Assembly: GCA_027022365.1 (NCBI GenBank)
Contig: JALVYU010000031.1
Location: 416,001 to 480,000, forward strand
Direction of reading: 5' to 3'
Length of the DNA: 64,000 nucleotides
From: Desulfurococcales archaeon
Lineage (GTDB): Archaea; Thermoproteota; Thermoprotei_A; Sulfolobales; Desulfurococcaceae
In this document: positions 1 through 9,945 of the stretch, piece after piece
Numbering within the stretch: position 1 is the first letter of the stretch
How the letters are laid out: the number at the start of each line of letters is the position of its first letter
The notes under the pieces: generated by a model
What the model was told of the DNA's origin: nothing
What the model saw: the letters and a program-made list of their open reading frames with translations, nothing else
The model's database searches: none
Translations under genes and position numbers: made by a program

Positions 1-573
1 CTGTATCGGAGGAGCCTATGGGTCTTCCACCTGAACAGCGGGAGCTGTAATGGGTGTGATATAGAGATACTCAACGCCCTAGCCCCTAGACAGGACGCTG
101 AGAGGCTGGGCGTAAAGCTTGTCGGGTCGCCGAGACACGCGGACGCAATACTTTTCACCGGCCCGGTCACGAGGGAAGCCCTGCCCAGTGTTGTCAGAGC
201 CATTCAGGCGGTGCCGGAGCCGAAGATCGTCTTGGCCGTGGGCGCGTGTGCCTGTGGGGGAGGTATCTGGCACGACAGCTACTGTGTCCTAGGGGGGATA
301 CAGGGGCTCTACAGGGTATTGAAGAGCATGGGTGTAGCGCCTCCGAAGACGATCTATGTGCCTGGATGCCCCCCTAAGCCCGAGGCGATAATTCACGGCA
401 TAATGCTGGCCAGGGGGCTTGCGGGACAGAGGCAGGCTAGATCCGAGTACTTCGAGGAGCAGGGCCCGGCGGTGAAGGCCGAGGAGGATCTCCACAGGTT
501 ATTCCATAAGTGCTTCCCGGGACGCCTGCCGCCTAAGACCGCCCGGGTCGAGTGGGGGGTGACACGCTATTGA
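1..573 (+). CDS. Group 4 [NiFe]-hydrogenase small subunit (MbhJ/HycG/NuoB-like), 5'-truncated by window edge
   Basis: Frame 1 is open from base 1: WVFHLNSGSCNGCDIE, GACACGGG, YVPGCPPKPEA Fe-S motifs. Confidence 0.9.
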   Translation: MYRRSLWVFHLNSGSCNGCDIEILNALAPRQDAERLGVKLVGSPRHADAILFTGPVTREALPSVVRAIQAVPEPKIVLAVGACACGGGIWHDSYCVLGGIQGLYRVLKSMGVAPPKTIYVPGCPPKPEAIIHGIMLARGLAGQRQARSEYFEEQGPAVKAEEDLHRLFHKCFPGRLPPKTARVEWGVTRY

Positions 574-854
574 ATACTAGCTGGTTCTTGTCGTTGTACA
601 TACCGGTTATCACCTGTGTCTTCATAGCGGCGATAACGCTGTACATGTACAGGATACTCCGGGGCCCGACGATACCCGACATGGTGCTGGGTATCGACTG
701 TATGAGCTACGACCTAGCCGTCTTTATAGCACTGGTATCGCTGTACTACGATACGTCCTTCCTCATCATAGGCTCCCTCATGATCTCTCTATGGGCGTTC
801 ATGTTCGACGTATACATCTCGAAGTACTACTTGAAGAAGGAGCTGGGTGATTAG
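570..854 (+). CDS. mrpF: Mrp Na+/H+ antiporter subunit F
   Basis: RILRGPTIPDMVLGID motif, 3 TM segments; TTG at 570 overlaps upstream stop. Confidence 0.85.
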   Translation: MNTSWFLSLYIPVITCVFIAAITLYMYRILRGPTIPDMVLGIDCMSYDLAVFIALVSLYYDTSFLIIGSLMISLWAFMFDVYISKYYLKKELGD

Positions 855-1230
855 AATGCTCGGCGAGATAATTCAGCAGATAGTGTTCGGTATAGGTGTG
901 TGCCTAGTAACCATTGGCGCCGTATTCGATCTATTGGCGGCGCTCGGCCTGGTGAGGTTCCCGTGCTTCTACGTCAGAATGCATGCGGCGACCATAGGGG
1001 TTATAGGCGGGGCCGTCGTCCCCCTGATCGGCGTCTCCCTCATCAGCCTCGTCTCCGACCAGCTCGGCCCCTACAGGTTCATGTTTGCGGGTATATCGTT
1101 CTTCACGGCACTGCTGATAATGATCACGGCCCCCGTCGGGACGCACATACTCGCCAACGCTGCACATAAGCTGGATCTATCGCCTAAGGAACCCATTATA
1201 GTTGATAAGATGGGGGAGGATAAGCGTTGA
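847..1230 (+). CDS. mrpG: Mrp antiporter subunit G
   Basis: GLVRFPCFYVRMHAAT and TAPVGTHILANA motifs. Confidence 0.9.
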   Translation: MIRMLGEIIQQIVFGIGVCLVTIGAVFDLLAALGLVRFPCFYVRMHAATIGVIGGAVVPLIGVSLISLVSDQLGPYRFMFAGISFFTALLIMITAPVGTHILANAAHKLDLSPKEPIIVDKMGEDKR

Positions 1231-1475
1231 TCTATCCGTTGCTACTCCTATGCTTCTTCTCGACGGCGGGGATGATCTCGTCGTACCTGGCTATACGAGA
1301 GAAGGACTTGCTGAGGGCGATAGCGTTGTCGGCTGTCCAGTCAGTAGCATTCGCCCTGCTCTACGCGGTGCTGCTAGCACCCGATATACTCCTCGTGTAC
1401 CTCGCGGTCGGCCTCGGGATATACCCGATCATACTCATCTATACAGTAAAGAAGACGAGGAGGTATGAGGAATGA
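1227..1475 (+). CDS. Small Mrp/Mbh membrane subunit (DUF4040, MbhD-like)
   Basis: 82 aa, KDLLRAI...LLAPDI pattern, operon position. Confidence 0.75.
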   Translation: MIYPLLLLCFFSTAGMISSYLAIREKDLLRAIALSAVQSVAFALLYAVLLAPDILLVYLAVGLGIYPIILIYTVKKTRRYEE

Positions 1476-2269
1476 GGAGGGGCATCTCTAGGTCTTCACT
1501 AGTGATAGTCTCGCTCGCACTAGCTCTCTCACTGATACTCGTCTACTTCGCGGCGATGGGAGGCCTAGGCGGCCACCCCTCCGCATCAATAGTGGGCATA
1601 GGCCAGTTCATAGTAAACAACACGTACAACGTGTTTAACAGAACATACTGGGCAGGGAGCCCGGAGGCGGTGACGTCCATTATATGGGATTACAGGGGCT
1701 TCGACACCATTTTCGAGACAACCGTGCTCTTCGCGGCGGTTATGGCGGCCCTCCTCCTAGTCCCCGGAGGCATCAGGGGCCGCATACAAGGGTCTGGAAA
1801 GGACGAGGGGTTGACACTGATTGTTAAGACGGCTTCGAAGATAATATCGTGTATAGTGGTCGTCCTAGCGCTGAACCTGGCCCTGAGGGGATACATATCT
1901 CCCGGAGGAGGCTTCGCGGGCGGCTCATCCTACGCTATAGCCCCGCTGCTTCTGATCGCCGGGTTATCGGTTTTCTACCTTGTACGGCTGGGGTACAGGT
2001 TGTCCCGCGCCATCGGTCTCAGAACCCTTGGGCTGGTGGGCCTAGTTGTTGTTTCGTCCCTACCGCTGCTCTACATGGGCTACATTATCCAGAACCAGGC
2101 AAAGCCCGGCTCGATGTTCCCGGGCTACCCTGTTTTCCTGGGCCCGCTCTACCTCGGCGGATCCCTTATCTACATGAATGTCTTCGAGTTCCTCGTCGTC
2201 TCGATGGAGTTCATCATAATATTCATAGCGATGTTCCTGCTCGACAGGGGGTGTGGCGGCAGTGCTTAG
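1472..2269 (+). CDS. mrpB: Mrp antiporter subunit B
   Basis: VTSIIWDYRGFDTIFE and SPGGGFAGG motifs. Confidence 0.9.
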   Translation: MRRGISRSSLVIVSLALALSLILVYFAAMGGLGGHPSASIVGIGQFIVNNTYNVFNRTYWAGSPEAVTSIIWDYRGFDTIFETTVLFAAVMAALLLVPGGIRGRIQGSGKDEGLTLIVKTASKIISCIVVVLALNLALRGYISPGGGFAGGSSYAIAPLLLIAGLSVFYLVRLGYRLSRAIGLRTLGLVGLVVVSSLPLLYMGYIIQNQAKPGSMFPGYPVFLGPLYLGGSLIYMNVFEFLVVSMEFIIIFIAMFLLDRGCGGSA

Positions 2270-2663
2270 CTGGATACTGGTCTTGTACGTCTACCTTACA
2301 CTCTTCGTGACGGGCGGCATCGCGGTTTACGGAGTTGTCGCGAAGAGGAATATAGTTAAGAAGATCATTGCCCTGACGATCTTTAACGACGCCGTAAACA
2401 CGGTAGCGATATTTATAGGATACCGCTTAATACCCCGCCCGCTCCCACCGATCATGCCAACGATCCATCCTAATAGGCAGATCTACTCGGCATTCATATC
2501 GTCATCGGTTGATCCCCTCCCCCAAGCACTCGTAATAACGGCCATAGTAATAGGTGTAGCCGTCACATGCTTCCTCGCGTTCCTCGCCATAAGGCTCTAT
2601 GATAGGTTCGGCACGACGGATTACCAGGAGATTAAGAGGCTGGTCAGAGGTGGTAAGAGATGA
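2253..2663 (+). CDS. mrpC: Mrp antiporter subunit C
   Basis: NIVKKIIAL and DPLPQALVITAIVIG motifs. Confidence 0.9.
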   Translation: MAAVLSWILVLYVYLTLFVTGGIAVYGVVAKRNIVKKIIALTIFNDAVNTVAIFIGYRLIPRPLPPIMPTIHPNRQIYSAFISSSVDPLPQALVITAIVIGVAVTCFLAFLAIRLYDRFGTTDYQEIKRLVRGGKR

Positions 2664-3148
2664 GGAGATACATTGTCTTGTTCATATTCTACTTCATAAT
2701 CTACTTGTTGCTCTCAGGGGGAACATACTTCACGGACGTCTTCTTCGCCGCCGTAGTTGCCGCCATAGCCTCGGCTCTCACCGCTAAGCTGCTGGTGAGG
2801 AACGAGGAGAAGCTCGAGCTACGCCGCTTATATTACCTACTAAAGTATTTCTTCAGGTACATGCTCGTCGATGAGATCCGTGCACACATCGATGTCGCGC
2901 GCCGTGTATTGACGGGGGAGATCAGGCCTGGCATTGTAGCGGTTCCCTACTATGTCGGCTCCGACTACGCGAAGACATTGATCGCGAACTCTATAACCAA
3001 TACTCCTGGAACCGTCGTGGTCGGCATAGATGATCGTGAGAAGCTCATGTATGTTCACTGGATCGACGTGAAGGCCCTAGATCCCTCTACGTGCAGGATG
3101 TATATCTCGAGGGTGTTCGAGGAATACGCTATGAAAATATTTGAGTAG
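2660..3148 (+). CDS. mrpE: Mrp antiporter subunit E
   Basis: IRPGIVAVP, ANSITNTPGT and MYVHWID motifs. Confidence 0.9.
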   Translation: MRRYIVLFIFYFIIYLLLSGGTYFTDVFFAAVVAAIASALTAKLLVRNEEKLELRRLYYLLKYFFRYMLVDEIRAHIDVARRVLTGEIRPGIVAVPYYVGSDYAKTLIANSITNTPGTVVVGIDDREKLMYVHWIDVKALDPSTCRMYISRVFEEYAMKIFE

Positions 3149-3162
3149 GTGGTGCGTTAGAC

Positions 3163-4725
3163 ATGGTTCCGGCTGTAGACCCGTTACTAGGCCTGGTCGT
3201 GCTCGTACTTGCCCTCGGGGGATTCACGACCCCCCTGATAAGCCGTCTGTCAAGGAATAGATACGCCGTGAGGACGTACCCGCTGATATACTGTGCCGCG
3301 TCATTGGCGATGGCATCGCTGATCATGGAGCATGTATGGGTGGCTGGAGAGCCTGTCGTCTACCTGCTCGGCGGCTGGAGGCCGCCGGTCGGGATACTCT
3401 ATATTGCTGACGGGCTCAGCGCCTTGCTCGGCGTCGTAACCTCGCTGGTTATGCTCCTCATAATGATATATAGTACGGGATATCTCGAGGGCTCCGGGAG
3501 AGAATACACCTACTATTCCCTGATGCTCCTCCTCGAGGCGGGGATGCTTGGATGCATTTACACGGGCGACGTCTTCCATCTCTTCGTCATGCTGGAGGTG
3601 ACCAGCCTGTCCGCGTACGCGCTGGTAGCGTATATCCGTGACAAGCGCGAGGCCCTCTACGCGTCCTACAAGTACGCCATCTACGGCGGCCTCGCCACGA
3701 CAATATATTTCCTGGCGGTGCTGTTCATCTATGGGGGCGTGGGATCCCTCACGATAGGGGATATACATTTGAGGATGGCCGCCTACATGTCCCGGTACGC
3801 TAGGCCGGTCTTCCTGTGCGGGCTCGTATTCACTATCCTCAGCTTCACCGCGTTCCTCTACAAGGCGGCCGTCTTCCCCCTCCACTTCTGGCTCCCCGAC
3901 GCCCATCCGGAGGCGCCGTCTCCTGTATCGGCGGCCCTCTCCGGCCTCGTCGTCAATATAGGTGTCTACGGGATCGTTAGGTTCGCCTACACAATATACC
4001 ATGGCCTCCCCGACCCCGGACTATACAGTTTATCCCTCATGATCACAGGGGGGCTCGGGTGCCTGTCAAGCCTTGTCGGGGCGGTATTGATGGCCAGCTA
4101 TAAGGATGTTAAGAGGATAATAGCCAGCAGCACGATCATGAACATAGGGTTCATGATGATGGGGTACTCGACGGGTTCACCGCTAGGCATAGCCGCCTCA
4201 ACACTCCACCTAATGAACCACTCGTTCGCCAAGAGCCTCGCGTTCCTCTCAAGCGGCGTCCTCATCAAGTCAGCGGGATCAAGGGTTCTCGAGAGGCTCC
4301 GGGGGCTCGGCCGGGCACTGAGGTATGCCGGGATCCCGTTCGCCATATCCCTCCTCTCACTAGCCGGCGTACCGCTCTTCAACGTGTTCGTGAGCGAGTA
4401 CTTGCTGGCAGCATCCTTCATCCACACCGGGAAATGGGTGTTCCTCTGCTTCTTCATGGCATCCTACATCATAAGCACGATCGTCTACCTGAGGATACTC
4501 TACGAAGTATGCCTAAAGACCCCCGCCGCCCCCACAACCCATAGAAGCGGCAGGGAATGGATCCCCGTCGCCGCCATGCTCACCGCCCTATCAATAACCT
4601 GTATAATCACAGGAATACTCAGCGGATACATAATAAGCAAAATAATCATGCCGGCAAGCCAGTGTCTCTACACAAACACAGAATACCTAGAAACAGTGAA
4701 AAAATACCTACTAAACATACACTGA
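3163..4725 (+). CDS. mrpD: Mrp antiporter subunit D (proton-translocating)
   Basis: GGWRPPVGI, DVFHLFVMLE, PLHFWLPDAHPEAPSPVSAALSG. Confidence 0.9.
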   Translation: MVPAVDPLLGLVVLVLALGGFTTPLISRLSRNRYAVRTYPLIYCAASLAMASLIMEHVWVAGEPVVYLLGGWRPPVGILYIADGLSALLGVVTSLVMLLIMIYSTGYLEGSGREYTYYSLMLLLEAGMLGCIYTGDVFHLFVMLEVTSLSAYALVAYIRDKREALYASYKYAIYGGLATTIYFLAVLFIYGGVGSLTIGDIHLRMAAYMSRYARPVFLCGLVFTILSFTAFLYKAAVFPLHFWLPDAHPEAPSPVSAALSGLVVNIGVYGIVRFAYTIYHGLPDPGLYSLSLMITGGLGCLSSLVGAVLMASYKDVKRIIASSTIMNIGFMMMGYSTGSPLGIAASTLHLMNHSFAKSLAFLSSGVLIKSAGSRVLERLRGLGRALRYAGIPFAISLLSLAGVPLFNVFVSEYLLAASFIHTGKWVFLCFFMASYIISTIVYLRILYEVCLKTPAAPTTHRSGREWIPVAAMLTALSITCIITGILSGYIISKIIMPASQCLYTNTEYLETVKKYLLNIH

Positions 4726-5200
4726 CACACAATTAAAGAAGCCAAATAACCCCCAAGCAGATGAAAAACAATAAAGCACAGAACACCCCTCCCAAAAACC
4801 ACCCTCCACCCTCATCCCAGCAACAAAAACAACGCCAGACCAGACAATACCAGACCCAAAGAAGCCATAGAGAGCTCATCCACGGATCAGGCCATAACAC
4901 AATAACACGGGAGCCACTACTACAGAAGTACAGCCTCCCCGCAGAAACAGATGAAGCGAGAACACATAACTAGAAGCCGAGATCACACGTCAAAACCGGG
5001 ACAACCCCCATATAATTATATTAATATGTAATACAGAAAAACAACAAACACCACAGCCCACACAATATAGGAACGCCTCATCCGTAGTATAAGGACAGCG
5101 TAAGGCGAAGAAACAAAACATCAATATGCAGAATAAAAGAGTTGTCCTAACCACTAAATAAGAACGTTGGAATCAAGGTAGTACTGCTTACGGTTATATT

Positions 5201-5896
5201 TTATTCCCTCGCGGCGACAACACTTTGCCCCCCACCATTTCTCGGAGACTTAGAGTCCCCAGTTATCTTCCATAAAGGTTTAACGATAATATTCCTCCCA
5301 ATGATAAGGCCCGCAAAATACTTTAGAAGCCATATCAACCTATATAGCCTAACATAGTCTTCGTCAGAACCGCACCTGAATAAATAATAGTAGCAAAAAT
5401 AATCAGAGCACCGCCTAAATCTAAGCTTAACAAAATTACAGCTAACATCATCAAATTCAGACAAGTCTATCCTCGAACCAAACTCTGTTTTCTCCATTAT
5501 ATCCCTTATACTAGACACAACATTCCTTAGATCAATAAAACCCTGGCTCCTAATCCTGTTACTACTCACAATCTCATATCCAAGAAGGAGACCATCATAT
5601 TTACCATGCACCAGATCACCAAGCTTAACACTCCTGACAAAATACTTGTCGAAAAAAACCAAATACTTATTCAGATCCAAAACATCGTAGACAGTAACAT
5701 AATCAACCCTGTCATATAATGAGACAACAGACAAGAAAGTTAAACCCACATCGAGAAAACCATACTCACTGCTAAAAACACCGTACTCACAATAACCCCC
5801 ATAACAGCCATTAAACCAGCACCTAAAAATCTTCTCTAAAAAATCATCAATAATCATATTCTTACTTGCCATCTTGAAACCTACAATATACATCAA
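5201..5896 (-). CDS. Hypothetical protein divergent from the csm operon
   Basis: 231-aa ORF in AT-rich DNA; no motif confidently recognised. Confidence 0.6.
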   Translation of the reverse strand: MMYIVGFKMASKNMIIDDFLEKIFRCWFNGCYGGYCEYGVFSSEYGFLDVGLTFLSVVSLYDRVDYVTVYDVLDLNKYLVFFDKYFVRSVKLGDLVHGKYDGLLLGYEIVSSNRIRSQGFIDLRNVVSSIRDIMEKTEFGSRIDLSEFDDVSCNFVKLRFRRCSDYFCYYYLFRCGSDEDYVRLYRLIWLLKYFAGLIIGRNIIVKPLWKITGDSKSPRNGGGQSVVAARE

Positions 5897-6213
5897 TGAA
5901 AAACCCTCATTACATTTAGTAATAGTAAATTAATCCCTTCAGGTGTCACATGCATGGGCAAAACTTTATTCTTACATTACTTTCTATATTAATCTCAAAA
6001 TCTTATAGTTACTTTTATATCAATATCAACGTATTGTTAGACTTATTTGTCGGAAAAAATGATACGTGGAATCGTATGGAGCAAGACTAAATGTCATCCT
6101 TTATATAGTTTTTTATCATTTTACACAGAATTTTTATCGAAAAAGGTTTATTTTTATGAATTTTTATAGAAAATATCCACAAGTTATTTTAATCTAAAGT
6201 ACATGGTGGTATC

Positions 6214-6672
6214 GTGTATAGATCGAATGCATTAACAAACATATTCTATACCATTATCAATAAGAAGGACTATGTTAATGCATTGAATCAGCTTAGAAAT
6301 ATACAAGTTTATGGAACAACCATGACTTCTTATCGTAAGATCCATTCACTAATTACGGATGTCGTCGATAAGGTATTATCGTTTGAGCAAGCAGGACAAG
6401 GATCAAGTATTACTAACGAGAAGGTTTCTATGATTGTTTCGGAGTTAGTGAGAGTCTCGCTCCTTGTACTGTATCAGATGAGGCGTGGATTGATTAATCG
6501 AACAGTGGCAGAAGGTTTGCACAGTATTTTAAACACCATTACGTCTACCCTCCAGAATTACCTTAGGAGCAGGGATTCAAAGTATATTGAGCTTGCAAAG
6601 AAACAGGTTGATGCATTAAAGATCATTATTGACGGTATACTGGCACTCCATTATGAAAAATTCAAGAAATAA
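6214..6672 (+). CDS. csm2: Type III small subunit Csm2 (Cas11)
   Basis: 152 aa helical protein, SYRKIH...LYQMRRG...ILALHY pattern, directly upstream of csm3. Confidence 0.7.
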   Translation: MYRSNALTNIFYTIINKKDYVNALNQLRNIQVYGTTMTSYRKIHSLITDVVDKVLSFEQAGQGSSITNEKVSMIVSELVRVSLLVLYQMRRGLINRTVAEGLHSILNTITSTLQNYLRSRDSKYIELAKKQVDALKIIIDGILALHYEKFKK

Positions 6673-6691
6673 GGAGGAGGTGGTAGGTATC

Positions 6692-7654
6692 TTGTCCCAG
6701 GAGAAAGGTTGGATTCGTAGGAGGATCCTAGGTGTATTAACTATAGATTATAGGCTCGTGAATACCACTGGATTACTCATAAGATCTCCGTCCGCAAAAG
6801 CCGTTATCGGTGGACACGATATACAGCCAATGATTATTAAGAAGAAATACGTATTCAGGGAACCTACGGGGGAGGGCGGAGGGAAAACCGAGGGCGTTGA
6901 GGTTGAGGTCCCATTTATTCCCGGATCGAGTATAAAGGGTAGAATGAGGAGTCTTCTAGAACTATATGAGGGTGCACGCCTTTATTTTGATGGTAAAATC
7001 CACATCCATGTTAGGGATCTCAATAGACAGGATAGGTGCAATGATCTAGATCATGCCCTGGATAATCTGTTCGGCTCCCCCTCTATCCAGGTTAAAAATG
7101 TAGCGGAGAAAAAGGATCTACTGAAAGATATTCAGGATAAGATCGCTCCTACTAGGCTTATCGTTGAAGACGTGTTCCCATCGGAGAAATACGTGCTGGA
7201 GTTGCTGAATCGATACGGTGTTGTCAGCAAAGAGGATTTCCTCGAGGAGAAATCCGAGAATAGAATCGACAGAATAACAAGCGCTGCTGACCCTAGGTTT
7301 ATATTACGGGTTAAGCCTGACGTTGAGTTCGCGGGTAGAATGACACTATTACTCTTCGATGTCGACTACAAGTATGATAAGATCAAGGAGTACCTGGATC
7401 TTCTATTGACAGGCTTCAAGCTTATCGAAGACACGTATCTCGGCGGCAGCGGGACACGTGGATATGGTAAGGTAAGATTCAAGGACTTAGTGATAAGGCT
7501 TAGAACACCCGGCTACTACCTAGGTAAAGAAGACGAGATAGAAATTGTAAAAGCCGGTAGCATTGATGAGCTATTAAAGACTAAGGATAAGGTACTAAGC
7601 AAGATCAATGAATATATTGTAAAATATGTCGACGAAGAGCAGTTGTCTGGATAA
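6692..7654 (+). CDS. csm3: Type III backbone RAMP Csm3
   Basis: IGGHD (catalytic Asp), PFIPGSSIKGRMRSLLE, ENRIDR, YLGGSGTRGYGKV; start uncertain (6680 or 6692). Confidence 0.93.
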   Translation: MSQEKGWIRRRILGVLTIDYRLVNTTGLLIRSPSAKAVIGGHDIQPMIIKKKYVFREPTGEGGGKTEGVEVEVPFIPGSSIKGRMRSLLELYEGARLYFDGKIHIHVRDLNRQDRCNDLDHALDNLFGSPSIQVKNVAEKKDLLKDIQDKIAPTRLIVEDVFPSEKYVLELLNRYGVVSKEDFLEEKSENRIDRITSAADPRFILRVKPDVEFAGRMTLLLFDVDYKYDKIKEYLDLLLTGFKLIEDTYLGGSGTRGYGKVRFKDLVIRLRTPGYYLGKEDEIEIVKAGSIDELLKTKDKVLSKINEYIVKYVDEEQLSG

Positions 7655-7671
7655 GGGGGAGCCTAAAGGAA

Positions 7672-8730
7672 TTGATATACTGGTACAAACTACATTTTAC
7701 TTCACCGGTCCACGTCGGTGAGCGTGGAATAGGAGTTGAATCAGTAAGCAACGTCATACACTCAACAACTATTCATGGTGCATTGATAAACGCCCTACTA
7801 TTGCTGAACAGAATCAATCCACGGGACGTGAGAAACATAGATCTAAGGCTTAACACACCAGCACCAATACTCGATATAGAAGGTTCGACCGAGAAGCTCT
7901 TATGGCTGAGAGGCCTCCATATTCTCTGGGCAGAGAAGCTCAGACAGTATCTCAAAGACGATGTACGATTATACAATGAGCTCATTAAGAAGCTTAAGAG
8001 CACATTCCTTGTAACAAGCTCGTTCCTCGATCACGATATACTCGAGTGTCGCGTCGAGATGCATGGGGCAAATAGTCGTGATGAGGAAATCATGATCAGG
8101 TGCGGCGGCGATGAATATAGACTATTAAGTATTGGCGGGTACTTCGGGAACATCATATTAACTAACGATATCGGCGACACAGAGATCGCGGGGATAGCGG
8201 AGCACGAGATAAGGCCTAGGAACAGAATTGATAGAATAACAAGTGCCGCCGAGCCATACCATCTCGGACTGATAAGGTTTCATAAACCATTATTGCTTGG
8301 AATCAAGAATAATTCAAGCATATTATCTCGAAACGATATCGAGGCAGCACTAAGGTTTCTCGGCGATACAGGTATAGGCGGGGAGAGAACATATGGTTTC
8401 GGCAAGTTCTCATTCGAGAAAACAGACGGTATAAGGGTAAACAATGATGATCAAGCTAAGCACGTCGTAGTGCAGGGACTCTATTCTCCCCCGCCAGAAA
8501 AACTCGGTGAAATACTAGGGAATTCAATATACCAGTTAATGATATATGGCTTTAGAAGCGGATATACGGGCATTGTCCGCAAACCCGTGCCCGTGCTCCG
8601 TGAGGGTAGCATCATATATTGTGACGGGGAATGCAACGGCAGAACAGTTATTGATCGCGAGCCCCTGGGAACCATCATAAGATCATTTAATCCCATCACG
8701 ACCCCTTTCAAGACCAGCGATAATACTTAG
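7672..8730 (+). CDS. csm4: Type III RAMP Csm4
   Basis: LHFTSPVHVG, IHSTTIHGAL, GIGGERTYGFGKF, EGS motif. Confidence 0.9.
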   Translation: MIYWYKLHFTSPVHVGERGIGVESVSNVIHSTTIHGALINALLLLNRINPRDVRNIDLRLNTPAPILDIEGSTEKLLWLRGLHILWAEKLRQYLKDDVRLYNELIKKLKSTFLVTSSFLDHDILECRVEMHGANSRDEEIMIRCGGDEYRLLSIGGYFGNIILTNDIGDTEIAGIAEHEIRPRNRIDRITSAAEPYHLGLIRFHKPLLLGIKNNSSILSRNDIEAALRFLGDTGIGGERTYGFGKFSFEKTDGIRVNNDDQAKHVVVQGLYSPPPEKLGEILGNSIYQLMIYGFRSGYTGIVRKPVPVLREGSIIYCDGECNGRTVIDREPLGTIIRSFNPITTPFKTSDNT

Positions 8731-8740
8731 GTGTTACTCC

Positions 8741-9931
8741 ATGAAGTCGAATCTATTCACTAAATACGTACTGGAAGCAAGCGTGGTGTCCGAGGTTTTC
8801 ATCTGGAGCGGTAATGATGTACTGGTTGGTTACGATATAGTCTTTGTGAATGATAGGGCTTACTTAATCGACCATGATCTGATGGCCTCTAAATTGCTCG
8901 AAACAAGTAGCCGGAATATTCTTGGTGAACTGAAGAACGTTTTAGACAGGGGATTAAGTCTTCTGGGATTTTTGAAAAAATATGGCATTAGGGTTGATGA
9001 TATATCGCGGGATACCCTCCCCGTAAAGGATCGAAGGATATTAATGGAAACCTATAGATATGTGAAGGATCATATACGAATGAAAAACAAACCCTATATC
9101 CCGGGATCGGAGATCAAAGGGGTATTGAGAACGGCATTACTTAACTTCTTCGTCAGTACTGGGAAAATACCGAGAAAAACAATTGATGAAATCATGCAAG
9201 GTCTCGATGAAAAGATAATTAAAGAAAAAAATGCTGGATGGGGTGTTGAGAAAATATTTAAGATGATCCTATCATATGAAAACTATAGTAGACGGGTACA
9301 GCAACACTATGTTGATATCCTTCATTACCTACATGTTTCCGACCCTTTAGAGATGAGGAGCAGATACGCCGTTGACACCATAGCCGTTGTTAAACGCACT
9401 GATCCCGGAAAAACCACCGCTATACAGCCCATTATCGGGCTCGAAGAAGGATCGAGGTTTATCTATGAGGTAAACCTGTACAGGCCTATTAGAGAAGATG
9501 CATCCGGATATAGTACTGAAATCGGTAAGTTATTGGAGAAGTACAACAAGGTATATACCGTCTTCTTCGACGCATTAAGGTATTTCTCATTGAAGCTAAT
9601 AGATTATGAGATAAGGCAGTTGAGTAAGCTACCCAGTGCGCGCCAATTCGTAGAGAGGCTTAAGAGCTGGAGAGGCGAAGTCGAGGCCGGGAAAGCCTAT
9701 TATTTCAAGATCGGGTTCGGCGCCGGAATGTATTCTAAAACTATTTATCTTAGCCTTAACAGGAAAGAACAGGCCCAGCTCATAGATATTATGTCTAGGA
9801 AAATAAGGCGGAGGACCAGGGGAAAAATCCATGTATGGGATACACTGACCTTAAAACTAGTTGGTTCACGGTATCCTAGTGAAATCGTCCCCTTCGGCTG
9901 GGTAAGGTTTTCATTTAAAAACATTTCATGA
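8741..9931 (+). CDS. csm5: Type III RAMP Csm5
   Basis: PYIPGSEIKGVLRTA, LHVSD, KIGFGAGMYSKT, PFGWV. Confidence 0.9.
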   Translation: MKSNLFTKYVLEASVVSEVFIWSGNDVLVGYDIVFVNDRAYLIDHDLMASKLLETSSRNILGELKNVLDRGLSLLGFLKKYGIRVDDISRDTLPVKDRRILMETYRYVKDHIRMKNKPYIPGSEIKGVLRTALLNFFVSTGKIPRKTIDEIMQGLDEKIIKEKNAGWGVEKIFKMILSYENYSRRVQQHYVDILHYLHVSDPLEMRSRYAVDTIAVVKRTDPGKTTAIQPIIGLEEGSRFIYEVNLYRPIREDASGYSTEIGKLLEKYNKVYTVFFDALRYFSLKLIDYEIRQLSKLPSARQFVERLKSWRGEVEAGKAYYFKIGFGAGMYSKTIYLSLNRKEQAQLIDIMSRKIRRRTRGKIHVWDTLTLKLVGSRYPSEIVPFGWVRFSFKNIS

Positions 9932-9945
9932 AACGGTGAGCAGTA

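Noticed and set aside
4761-4973. Q/N/P-rich 70-aa ORF (similarly 16173-16358, 39717-40034, 39803-40126)
   Set aside because: Products of A+C / G+T skew that depletes stop codons
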